The notes beneath the pieces were generated by a model. It was given only the letters and a program-made list of their open reading frames with translations. It made no database searches and had not been told where the DNA came from. A stretch of 64,000 bases of DNA from Azolla caroliniana. Taxonomy: Eukaryota; Plantae; Polypodiophyta. Of the stretch, positions 51,727 through 62,399 are shown piece by piece (position 1 is the stretch's first letter; every line of letters begins with the position of its first letter). Location: positions 17,422,001 to 17,486,000 of the forward strand of contig JBHGNT010000016.1 in NCBI GenBank assembly GCA_043228905.1. Direction: 5' to 3'. The position numbers and the translations under genes are program-made.

Positions 51727-53640
51727 GAGGTGAGTGCCGATACGCGGTAGTGGGGGTTGTTGGGGAAGTATCGCTGGTAGTTGTGGGTGACTAAGTGGTG
51801 GAAGTGAGTGTGGGTGCTCCACCATTGGTGCTTGGCCATACCTTCCATTTGGGGCTTGCCAACAGTTTTCTTGAGAATGCATCACGAAAGCTTTGCACCA
51901 CTTACAGTATTGTAGCCGCCGTCAGTGGAGGAGGGGCCACCCATGCCCCGTGTGATGGCCGTAGAATACTGTGCAACTTACATTTTCTCTTTGGGTGTAT
52001 GCTTGGGGTCTTTCTATATGGGGTGGTCTTGGTGGCGTGGCGTGGTGAGAGTGGGGTCCGAGGGTTTCTCACGGTTGTTCGTAGACGCTTGAGTGGGTAT
52101 TCGTAACCTGCTCATTGAATCTTCGAAGGTCATCACTACTGTGCAAGCTTCAGCGAATGACCGACACATCCTGGCAATCAAGAAATTTTGGAGTGTCGGA
52201 TCGAACAACTCATTGATGAAACGGCTCATCAATTTGTCATCTAACATCTTGTCGCTTGGGCTACAACGAGGGTGCAGGCTTTTCATGCGGCGTATGTAGT
52301 CCCTGATTGTCTCGTTCACTTCTTGCTTGAGGGTGAAAAGTTGGTCAATTGGGTTGCAGTTATTCCCTCGACAAGCAAAGTTTATCAAGAAATCTTCGAT
52401 GACGTACTCGAAGTCCATGACAATGTCCTCATTCAAGGTTCTAAACCAAATTCTGGCTTGGTCATCAAGTGTAAGCCCAAATGCGGCTACTTTGGTGGTC
52501 TCTGTGAGGGGTTCATAAGCGTGACAAAATCAGTTCGAACCCCTCGATGTGATCATAGGCATCACAGAAACCGAGAAAATGGGGTACTAGTTTAGAAATG
52601 GAAGCACTCTTCCCATTGTCGTTTGTACGGTTTCTCGGATGGTCCATGGGTGCTCACTCTTTTTCCATCAATGCCACGAGGGTTTGGATGGATTGTAACG
52701 CTACTGCGAGTTCAACGTTTGGGGGTGTTGGGGCAGTTTGGTCGGGTGTAGGGGTTGTGTCCATACGTGGTGGTGTTAGGTGTCGTTGCGTGTGGGCTTT
52801 GTTTGGATTGTTGCCCGTTGTGCTCGATTGCGGTACGGGGCTGCACTCACGGCCTTGTCGGTGCGTATACGATGACGCTTCTAGGAGGTGAAGTTTTTGT
52901 TGCACTCGTGCAAATCTGTCTTTCCTTTCTACCAAAGCGGCTTCGATATCTCGGGTGATGCTTTCCGGTTGTCCTCTTGCGAGTTGTACTGCCCATATAT
53001 TGAGTTCTTGTTCTATCACCCGTAACTTCTGTGTGGCTTCTCGTATGTGTCGCTCTACGCTGAGTGGGTCTGTTGGTGGGCTCTCTTGTAGTGGGGGTGT
53101 GGTGAGAGGTTCTTTAGTTGTGGGGCTCGATGGGAGGTTCATGTTTGGTAGCGTCCCCGGAGTTAACCACCCTCCGTGGTATCGAGTCGGGTTAGATATG
53201 TCAGCACCATCCATTTGGTTGGTTTGGGTGGACTCTTCCTGGCATGTGGGTCGGGTTTTGAACATCTCTGTCCATGAGGATCCGGCCATGTTCTCTTGTC
53301 AAGCTTTACGGGTTCGTCCAAAGATGATCCTTCATTGAACTTTGTCGGTTTGGCAAACTTTGATCTTTCGTCGAAGGATTTGGGTTCGTCGAACTTTGAT
53401 CTTATGTCGAAGGATGTGGGTTCGTCGAACTGTGATCTTTCGTCGAAGGATGTGGGTTCGTTGAACTTTGATCTTTCGTTGAAGGATGCTTCCCTTATTG
53501 AACTCTGATCTTTCGACGAACTTTGAGTGGGAAATTGGAATTTGTTGGCGCCAACGGCCGTTTCGTGTCTCGTAGGATTACCGTACTCAACGAGAATCGC
53601 GGTGATTATTCTTGCCCTGCAACGGCTAAATCTCAACAAT
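51727..53640 (-). pseudogene. Athila-like gag region, with a 36-bp coding repeat (FDERSKFDEPTS) at about 53330-53520
   Basis: LFTLKQEVNETIRDYIRRM retrotransposon-gag motif (52014-52436) and a Cys/His knuckle remnant near 51870-51980. Lies downstream of LTR copy 4. Confidence 0.75.
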
Positions 53641-53801
53641 GCTTAGCGTTAACCGGATGAATAGCTTGCTAATGTCCGGGCGATTAAGGAAGGGTAAATT
53701 TAAAAAAAAAAAACAGAAAATTAACTTAATTAAAATGTGAAATAACAAGCATAAAAAAACAGAAAATAGTGGTTTCCTTTCGATTTCTTCCCTCGTTAAA
53801 T

Positions 53802-54379
53802 GGATCTATGTATCAATGGAGTTAACTCCTCGATGTCGTTTGCGGAGTTCAAACCGGCGTATACCTTTTTGCTGGTGAATCGGGCGGAGATGGTTGTCGG
53901 ACACCTCCGAGCCTCACACTCACTTAACGATTAATAGATGATTAAGCACGATATCTCTCTCACTCTCTCAAGCTTGCTCTCATAGATAATAGGGTAATGA
54001 ATATAGACAATAAGAGTAATGAATATGTTTATTAACCCTCTTTGCTAAGAGGTCTAGCACCAACAAGGAAGAGAGATTAGTGTTCTCTAGCTAAACACTT
54101 CACTAATCTCTCTTAAGCTTAAAGGTTACAAGAAGGAGGAGAGGAAGCTCTAACTCTTAATCAATAGGGAGATCTTTACCAATGTAAGAACCCTTACAAA
54201 GCCACGACAATGTGGTTTATATAGCATTCACGTTTAGGGTATGGACCTTTCACACTTGGACGTGCCTTAGCCTCTTTTCCTCTTGCCATTTCCTCTTCGT
54301 AGGTCCTTCAACACATACTACGTCCTTGTTGATGCACTCTTATTCATGACTGGTTGTGGTGCAATCCAAGCGCTTAACA
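53802..54379 (-). repeat. Athila-like LTR copy 4 (5' LTR of the minus-strand gag-pol; U5 tip and PBS missing)
   Basis: Reverse complement of copy 1 as far as GATCC; followed by TSD CCAAC. Confidence 0.9.
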
Positions 54380-54384
54380 CCAAC

Positions 54385-55074
54385 CTTTTGGTTTGTAAAT
54401 GCAATTGAGTACATTACGGTTGGCTACTTCGACGAAATAAAGAAACAAAGAATGAAGGAGCATTCTAATGAAGTTGGAGATTCAAACATGCTGGTATATC
54501 AACAGTCACACGGAAATTGCGACATGTCACCACGACAGAACGGGGATTTGTCAACCCATACCAAAAACCTTAACGACTTATGATGCGCTTGATCGAAATG
54601 TTCTCGATAGAAGGAGACTGGATATTAGACCTATTTTTTGGGACAGGTATTCTTCGAATTGGGTTAACATTGTTGATTTAGAGAAAACTAATTCTTATGG
54701 TTCGATAACTAAGTCATCTTGTCCCTTTCTTTACAGGGACAACGTCTGCATGCGCATTGAAGCTCTTCAGAAATACTATAGCATTGGAGAAGGACGAGGA
54801 TCAGGTTATATTTATAAATATGAGGATTAAGGCCTTGTGGGAATGCCTAGATCAAGACGAGGAGGTCGGTGCTAAGCACATCCTTGATACAGAAAGGTTT
54901 CAACTGGCTTCCTGAGAGCCTATTCCTTCGTTAGCTGGGGAACCGGGGGAGGTAATTGAGCTTGATGACAAGCTTATAGAATATCTTATGGTTGCTTGGC
55001 AAACAGGGGAAGACAATGCGCAGATAGTTGGGGACGAAGAGGATAATGACGTTGATGATTTAATTGCTATGTAA
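54385..55074 (+). pseudogene. Cargo gene 3' half: C-terminal (AdoMet-binding) half of a beta-class N4-C/N6-A DNA methyltransferase plus acidic tail
   Basis: In-frame continuation RGP|TFWFVNAIEYITVGYF. After a frameshift: VNPYQKP*RLMMRLIEMFSIEGDWILDLFFGTG|TTSACALKLFRNTIALEKD across a GT-AG intron (54647-54736). This matches the HP.QKP..L..RLI.....GD.VLD.F.GSGTT..A.....R..I..E pattern of N6_N4_Mtase proteins. Confidence 0.88.
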
Positions 55075-56148
55075 TAGAATGTTTTGTTGATGAAGTGTAA
55101 ACTTATGAATTCCAAGCTCTAATACAAATTTTGGGTTCTTCCATTGGTGTAAGCCAGAATTTGCGCATATGTTGTTGACTGTAATGTGGAGAAACATGAT
55201 TTACTTAACCTTAAGCCTAATGTCGGGCATCTATTGTTGTCTCTAATATGGAGAAACATGAATTAATTAACCTTAAGGCTGATTTCTAGCATCAAGATAC
55301 ATGACTCATTCATAGTGACAATCTTCCAGATCAAACTTTACCTAAACATATGATCCCCATTGAATGGAGGTTAAGATTGTCCATGTCATTAATTGAGATC
55401 GCTTGTCAAGATTTTCAAACTATGTCTAATATATATTTGTCCATATATTATGGTTCTTTGTCTTCTATTGCTGCTTAGAATGTGTAGTGTGTTCATAATT
55501 ATGAAACTATTATGTTTGTTTGTCTTCCATTGTTGCTTCCATTTGGTAGTGTGTTGATAATGGTCGATGCCACACCGTTCCATTAGTTGCACAACCTTGG
55601 AGTACACCTCTTATCAATATCCACATGTTTCATCCTGGTAGTTTGACTAGCATTATCCTTAAGAGTTCAATCCCATAAGAATCACCTAAGGATTAGATTG
55701 CATCAACTTTAAACAAAAGTATTGAAAGCCTCAATAAGTTTGTTATTTCAATCACATTATCCTAAGGTTCACTATAATCACATTGCGAACAATTATATAC
55801 ATACGAGTATGGGTCAAACTATAAATTATAACTCATTTTATATAACATGGATACAATTGCACCTCATATTTTTTGACTAACTTACCAAACAAATATAAGT
55901 CTTCATCTGAGTGTTTGCCATGTTGCACAAAAGTGTGATATTGAGCCATTGTTGAACTTTATTATAATCGCATTAACATATCAACAATTCCAAACTTAAC
56001 TGAATTTCACATGTTCTCCACTCGGAGACTTATCATGTTTTATTAATTTTGCAAATTCTAATGAAGTTGTGGAACATGTGATACTAGTGCATCCAATTTT
56101 TGTAGAGAGGGTATATTTGGATATTTACAAAAGGAATCTACAAGTGGA

Positions 56149-56184
56149 ATGCGCGATCTTTCCGCTTGTGAACGCGAACGTGTT
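56149..56184 (-). repeat. Right terminal inverted repeat of the Sola-type element
   Basis: Reverse complement of 5791-5825; followed by TSD TGGT (56185-56188). Confidence 0.9.
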
Positions 56185-56188
56185 TGGT

Positions 56189-56445
56189 ATGAAGTGAAAA
56201 GAAAATGCCAATAAGACAACGAGCAAAAGAAAAATATATCATCCAGTTAATTATGAATAAGTCAATGCAAATCGGATCCAAATCATGTACAGGAAAAGAG
56301 TCTACTAAAGAAGAGTGCCTCACAATTTGACATGGATAAATTTATCAAGAAGACATATGAGAGCCTTAAAGAAAAGATCAATGTTGAAGAGAACCAAGAG
56401 AAGGTGCCAATGTTGAAACTCAATGAAGAAGACAAAGTGCAATGT
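56189..56445 (+). pseudogene. Continuation of the host Gypsy gag
   Basis: YEVKRKCQ...FDMDKFIKKTYESLK, comparable to WATVKRVC and MEQLLKDMENLK in the related gags of this window. Confidence 0.7.
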
Positions 56446-58800
56446 TGTCATGTAAATTTTCCTGTGTGTGCTACCTAGTGGGACCACATGGGACCTAAAA
56501 CCAAGAAGGAAGTGATTTTGAGCAAGAATATTCTTCTCACTCCTTTGTAAGTTTCTTATGTGATTTCCCCACTGATAGTGTATTGAGATCGGGTCTAGGT
56601 TTTGTTGGCTCATCTCTCGGGAAATCAAGTTTGTGGAGAATGTAAAAAGATGTGAACATTTGCGATGAATGCTCAAGGAGGAGAGCATTAGAGGTGAAGG
56701 CTCGAGGCGAACATTTGCGGACAACACTCAAAACGAGGCCTAAGGAGAATGCTTAAGATGAAGGCTCGAAGTGAAGGCTCTAGGCAAACATTCACAACAA
56801 CACACACACACACACACACAAAGCCACTATTTCGATAGGAAAAGTTTCCATTTCCAAGATGGGTTCACCAAAGAATACCACGATTTCCGTGACTTTTACA
56901 ATGGCATCTAAGATTAAACAAAAAAAGAAAAAGATAGAGTATGGTCGAGCTTTTGGTGTAGATCCGAGTTTAGTGGTGTCACAGAGACCTCGACTACTAT
57001 CAATGACAACGACATCTCTTTGTCAAGGTAGTGTTCTAGGGTGTGCGAACAGACCAAATTCAATGCACATTTCTATGACCAATGTGCAAATGGACCAAAC
57101 TCTTCACTCTAGAAACCGTCAATGCACAACACTCTCCGTGGTGGAGAAGAAGACCGAAAATCCTCAAAGTAGAAGAGGAGGTGGAGAAGAAGAAGTGAAA
57201 AAGATAAGGAAACAAAAATGCCAAATTCCTTCCTCCCCCCAAAAAGTCGACTTTAAATGAGCCCTCCTCCCCTGCTTTTATAAAGAGAGAGGCTCCTGAT
57301 TTTGCATTAAATGCTTACATAACCCCCTTTTGCATAAAGAATGCAAAAAAATTTGATTTATACATGATGGCAACAATTCTAAGTTTGCACCCCTTTGTAC
57401 AAAGCCAATAGCCCTAATTACGAAGCTATTTACTTTTCTTTATTATATGTTTATTCTCTTTATTAGATATTTACATTTAATATGGTTATCCTACTTTATC
57501 ATTTTCCATCTATTTCTATCGTGGGACCCCTCACATCATGATATCCACACCCACCAAACTTGAATATCCTCTAGTATGTGCCAAGAATGGTGGGGTGGAT
57601 GGTAGTCAACCTTTATCTTCCTCGCTTCCATTTCCATCCTTGCTGTTGCCTTCGTTCTCCCAAGCTTTTAACCTTTTGATCACCGTTGTTTTCATCTTCC
57701 TTGAGGCTATCAAGATTTGGCTCCTCTTCTTGAAGATATTTACCTTTCTTCCTACTATTGGTATCATTAGAGTTGTCCTTTCTAGTCTGGTGAGGTAGTA
57801 CTTGGGGCATTGTCATTTGTGCTTGTCACCACATACGACCCAAACTAGCGTCTTTTGAACTTCTTCATTGAGATAAGGTAATTATTGAGGCAATATTTGT
57901 ACACAATCACCCAATCTCCTTCTTTGATCTTCTTCGATTGTAACTATTGTCTCTTGTTGAATTGTGCCTTGTTTTTTTACCATTGCAGCCTTATGATCTT
58001 CTCTTGAGTTGCCATATAACTACCCATGATGTAATTGTCTCTTCTATGGGCATCACCGATTTTTGTCCGTACATGAGCTCATTTCGCATGAACCCTATCA
58101 CCAAATTGTGGGAGGTCTTTTTGGCCCACAAGGCATAAGGTAATAATCGGGGCTAGTATCCGACTCTTCCTACGTAGGCTTTGACGATAGCCTTGACTTG
58201 GAACTATGCCCATGATAGCCTTGACTTGGTTTTCGGGTTATATGTAGTTCTAAAGGAGAGCATCACTCCTAGTTGTTTGAAGAGCTTGTCATGTCATTTG
58301 CATTCAAATTTCCCCTATGTGCCACCATCTTTCCCAAATATCCATATCGGTAGATGACATCTTCGAGAAAGAATTTGCATATCACTATCTTCATCTTGTT
58401 CCTTACGGATCTCCACCTGTTTTGTCAGGTCTTCTCTCGGTAGCACCAAGTACTTCATTTGCCCTAGTCCTGTCGGCATGGATACAAGGTCTACCATCCA
58501 TTTGAAATGTATGGCCAATGGGTAGGTTGGGTATGATTCACATCTATCCCATACATTCAAATTTATTTTTCACCTTTTACATGTCCCCATGAAATGGGTG
58601 AGATCATTATATATTTCTGGTCACCAATACTTCTTTAATTTATAAAAAGTTTCCAATGTACCCCTATGAGCCGCCCAAGGACTCTCATGGAACTCAAAAA
58701 CTAGAGTTGTCTATTCTTTCTCTTGCAAACCACCCTAAGTGGTGTTCCAACCCTCTTCTTTTTTCTAAAGGTACCCTCCTTGCAGGAAGTATTTGTTGTC
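56446..58800 (-). mobile_element. Old Gypsy fragment: 3' LTR (56446-57543) plus decayed integrase
   Basis: TGTCATG...CATGATA ends and PPT remnant at 57544. FKWMVDLVSMPTGLGQMKYLVLPREDLT (58315-58560) matches the integrase of the Trp-primed family. Confidence 0.8.
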
Positions 58801-58999
58801 AATGTCAAAATGTAGTTGCCCTCATTCAGTTTTTTTTTCTCTTATTTGTTTATACTACTTTTACTATTTTTATCTTTGGCTCGCCCGAAGGCTACAACTC
58901 ACACGAAGTCATGTTTTATTAGCAGTACATAGTCCATCAAGGGGTGTACCGAATGGTATGAGTGAGATACATGCACAAGATGACCTTTAGGATATGATG

Positions 59000-59660
59000 A
59001 GACTCGCACCACGTTCCATCATGCAACTTGTAGATAGGCTACATTTTACCTTCTTCATCGTCGAAACCGTCACCATCTTCGTCGTCGTCACTTACGGGCA
59101 CAAACCGCCCTTCACTGTCACCATTTTTGCGTCGTCGCCACTACCTTCGTCGTCGTCACTTACGGGCAAAAACCGCCCTTCATTGTCACCATTTGCATCG
59201 TTGCCACTATCTTCGTCGTCGTCACTTACGGGCACAAACCGCCCTTCACTGTCACCATTTTGCATCGTTGCCACTATCTTCATTGTCGTCACTTACGGGC
59301 ACAAACCGCCCTTTTTAGGTACCACATGTATGTTGGTGCGGGGAGACTCAAACCTCCAACCTAGCAGTTGGAGTCGCCCTAATTCAGTTTATATAAAATT
59401 GAACCTGTAACCTAGTTTGTTGATGACGCGGTTGGCGCCAGTCTTTGTAACTCTGTCTTTTGAATAATAAAGTTACTTTGTTGTGCATATCTGTCTCTCT
59501 CTCATATTCTGCCACTTGATCTTGATCTTGGCCAAGTTGTCTTTGAGTTGTTCATTTGTTTATGCTGATTAAGTCTATCAACATGTTATTCTTCATCTTA
59601 TAATGCGGTCTATGTTTTTGCATTGACGGTCTCAATTTTGAACATCTAGTATTAGAGCAA
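59000..59660 (+). mobile_element. Decayed LTR ending ...CA at 59644 with Met-type PBS remnant
   Basis: TAGTATTAGAGC (59647-59658) resembles TGGTATCAGAGC. The left boundary is uncertain. Confidence 0.5.
59070..59312. repeat. ~67-bp tandem repeat, about 4 units (GTCGTCACTTACGGGCACAAACCGCCC...)
   Basis: Shared core motif starts at 59089, 59157, 59223 and 59290. Confidence 0.9.
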
Positions 59661-60108
59661 GGTTCTTCAATCTTCTATCGGCTGTCATTTGTCTTCAACA
59701 ACATCCTTGATTTCCCTCCATTGAAGACTCCAAGTTTATTTGACTCTTGGAACAGATTTAAGATTTCAGTCGGACTGAAATCTCTTGATTAACAACTATC
59801 AAGATCTCATTCTGTGAAGAACTCGACATCTTGCCGACTTGCACTCCATTTGAGCTAGACCATTGTTCAAGTAGGCCAACTGACTGCACTCCTTTTTTGT
59901 GTGGTCATAGCTACTTAGAGTGGAGTCATCAACACCATTTGTGCTTCATCTATGATCGAAACTTTGATCGGCCTCATCTGTGCTTAATTTGGCTAAGCAA
60001 CATTCGGAAAGACCGGTCGACTTTGTCCCTCTAGTTTTTGTAGTCACCTCAAGCAGGATCGGCGATCAAATCAACACTAAAAATTGGATTGGCAATAATC
60101 ATGCTAAA

Positions 60109-60185
60109 AACACATTCACGTTTAGAAGTGGAATGATCGCGCATTCCATTATAGATTCCTTTCATAAATGTGCAAATTTAGGCAA
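60109..60185 (+). mobile_element. Second, diverged Sola-family terminus
   Basis: AACACATTCACGTTTAGAAGTGGAATGATCGCGCATTCCATTATAGATTCCTTT aligns with the reverse complement of about 56110-56184. Confidence 0.7.
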
Positions 60186-61096
60186 CATATAGAAACTTGA
60201 TACACTAGTATCACATGTTCTTCAACCCATATATGTTACGAAGGCGCTACGGCTCTTCTTAGTGCACAACGGATCGTGATGTGCTGGATCGTTTAGTGTG
60301 TTCAAGAGAGAAAGGAAAGGGGGAAGGAGACTTACCTCAGTGGCAACCCAAAAACGTTTTGTTTCATTACACAGAGAAACCTCTTTCGTCTGCTTTCTGT
60401 TTTTTCTTCTTACTTCTCTCTTAGTACTTTTCCTACTACTCACTCTTACGTTTTAACCTAAGTATATAAGTGACTTACATATTTAGCTAATTAGCTATGA
60501 GTAGCTAAATAGCTGTGAACAGCTAAATAATTGTTTTACCTCTATGTCTAATATCGTTGATTTCCTAATAACTACTATAGAAGATTTGAGTTACCAATAA
60601 GCATCACATGCTTTTGTTGAGCTTGTTTCTTAACAATATAGAACCCGATAAATTATTAAAATTTAACCATTACAATAATTGAAACAAGTGTATTTTTGCT
60701 GATTTCTAAAGTTGATTATCTCTAATACAAAATGTAATTAAATTCTAGAATATGTAAATGGTTGTCTCACTTGATGTATCGATATAGTTTCAAACATCTA
60801 ATGCTAAATTTAGAAAGTTTTTCGAAAACTTAGGATGATCTCGAGCATTGGATCTCCAGGTTAAACCAATGAGATGAGGTGTAGGTTATCGAAGTGGAAG
60901 TGACATCTATAGTTTGTGATTTATGACGGAGTCTAATCGTTAGTGAATCATGAAGGATATAGTACCCACAACTAGTAAAAGTCAATGCATCACAAACTTC
61001 TGGATGATAGGGACAAAAATTTCATCTAAAATATAATGATTCATGACACTCTTGGACACTCATGACAAGTTTCGTAATTAAAATCATTCAAACAAT

Positions 61097-61518
61097 CATA
61101 GTTGTTAAAAAACGCATATTCTACGTTTTAGAATACTCTGAAGTATTCTACGTTTTAGAACTGCCGTTTTTTAAAATTTGACATATTCTACGTATTCTAA
61201 AAATTTGATGTATTCAACGTATTTAACAAGTATTTATCATTTCAAAAAATATTTTCTTTTTTTTGAAAAACAAATTTAAAATTTAAGAAATATTTAACGT
61301 ATTTTACAAGTATTCTAAGTATTCTACACGTATTCTAAGTATTCTAAGTATTCTAAACGTATTCTAAGTATTCTACATGTATTCTAAGTATTTAACGTAT
61401 TTAACGTACTTTATCTATAAAATACATATTCTAAGTATTTTAAAAAAAAAGTTAGAATACTTGTAGAATACTTAGAATATTTGTACACGTATTTTATGCT
61501 AAGTATTTTACAACAATG
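61097..61518. mobile_element. hAT-type MITE
   Basis: Imperfect TIRs CATAGTTGTTAAAA / TTTTACAACAATG, perfect 8-bp TSD CAAACAAT, and internal TATTCTA(A/C)G repeats. Confidence 0.85.
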
Positions 61519-62399
61519 CAAACAATAAACCTTAAATGAAAACCTTAAATGTAACATCCCAAAAGTAATGTTATATCCAAAAAGGAACAAGTGTCAGCAA
61601 CAAGTGAAAACAATCAAGGTTAAAACATAATGTAACATTCCAAATGTAAGGTGTGTCTCTTAAATGTAAACATTAATTATATACAACAAAAAGCTTAATA
61701 TTCAATTCAAACAATTGTTTATTCAATATCCATAAACTTGTGTGAGCTCCAAAGAAAAGAAAGGAACTTTATAACTAGATCACTTGAACATTGGATTAAA
61801 ACGATAAATATGTAAGAACATGAAACTTAAATTACATTGTTCACTTATTAACATCACAACGTAATGTGCCCCCTTTTCTAAAAGATAATACGTTTCGTAT
61901 TAATAACATGTTTGCACATGAATAAATAATTACAACCTTACAATAATCTAATTGCTTAGACAATGAATGGAATCAAACTTACTTTGTAGAGAACAAAACT
62001 TTAATTACAATGTGTTGAGAATCAAGCTCAACTTGGTCTAGTGTGTGAACTCACCTTGAGAGTGAATAGACACTCCAATGGTCAAGAGTCACCATTGAGT
62101 CACCTCTTTGTATTCTAGCATTTAGTATGAGTCATAGAATCATATTCTATGACACAACTTATGAGCTTTCACATTCCCCATGCTCCATGAGCCTTGTAGT
62201 TAATGAAGAGAGAGGGTGACTACATAAAGCACCCTCCTCCCACCTTGTATAGTGTTGAGTCTTTCTCCTTTGCCAAATACTTAACCTTGCATATACTCTG
62301 TCTTTGTCTTTGTCTCTCTCTATCTCATACACACATACACACACAGTTCACACCTATTCCGCTTCACAAGAATCCATCTCTTGACACAAGAATCCGATC

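Larger units (their letters stand above)
11991..54379. mobile_element. Rearranged Athila-like (non-chromovirus, tRNA-Asp-primed) Ty3/Gypsy composite with U3 ends at both termini
   Basis: Starts TGTTAAGCGC at 11991 and ends GCGCTTAACA at 54379 (inverted copies of the same LTR start). Perfect 5-bp TSD CCAAC at 11986-11990 and 54380-54384. Four LTR copies. Confidence 0.85.
5791..56184. mobile_element. Sola-type (DDD) DNA transposon, ~8.0 kb native length, carrying a transposase and a ParB/methyltransferase cargo gene; expanded by a 42.4-kb nested retroelement block
   Basis: Left TIR AACCCGTTCGCGTTTACAAGTGGAAGATCGCGCAT (5791-5825) is the near-perfect reverse complement of ATGCGCGATCTTTCCGCTTGTGAACGCGAACGTGTT (56149-56184). 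4-bp TSD TGGT lies on both sides. Removing the element restores the host gag frame (LIENW|YEVKRKCQ). Confidence 0.88.

Noticed and set aside
11991-54379. DIRS-like or TIR DNA element explaining the inverted ~570-bp ends
   Set aside because: The repeats are flanked by a PPT and PBS, the element encodes a DDE integrase with a 5-bp TSD, and no tyrosine recombinase motif was seen.
54468-54830. 120-aa ORF from the track as an independent gene
   Set aside because: It is an off-frame read-through of methyltransferase exons and intron 54647-54736.
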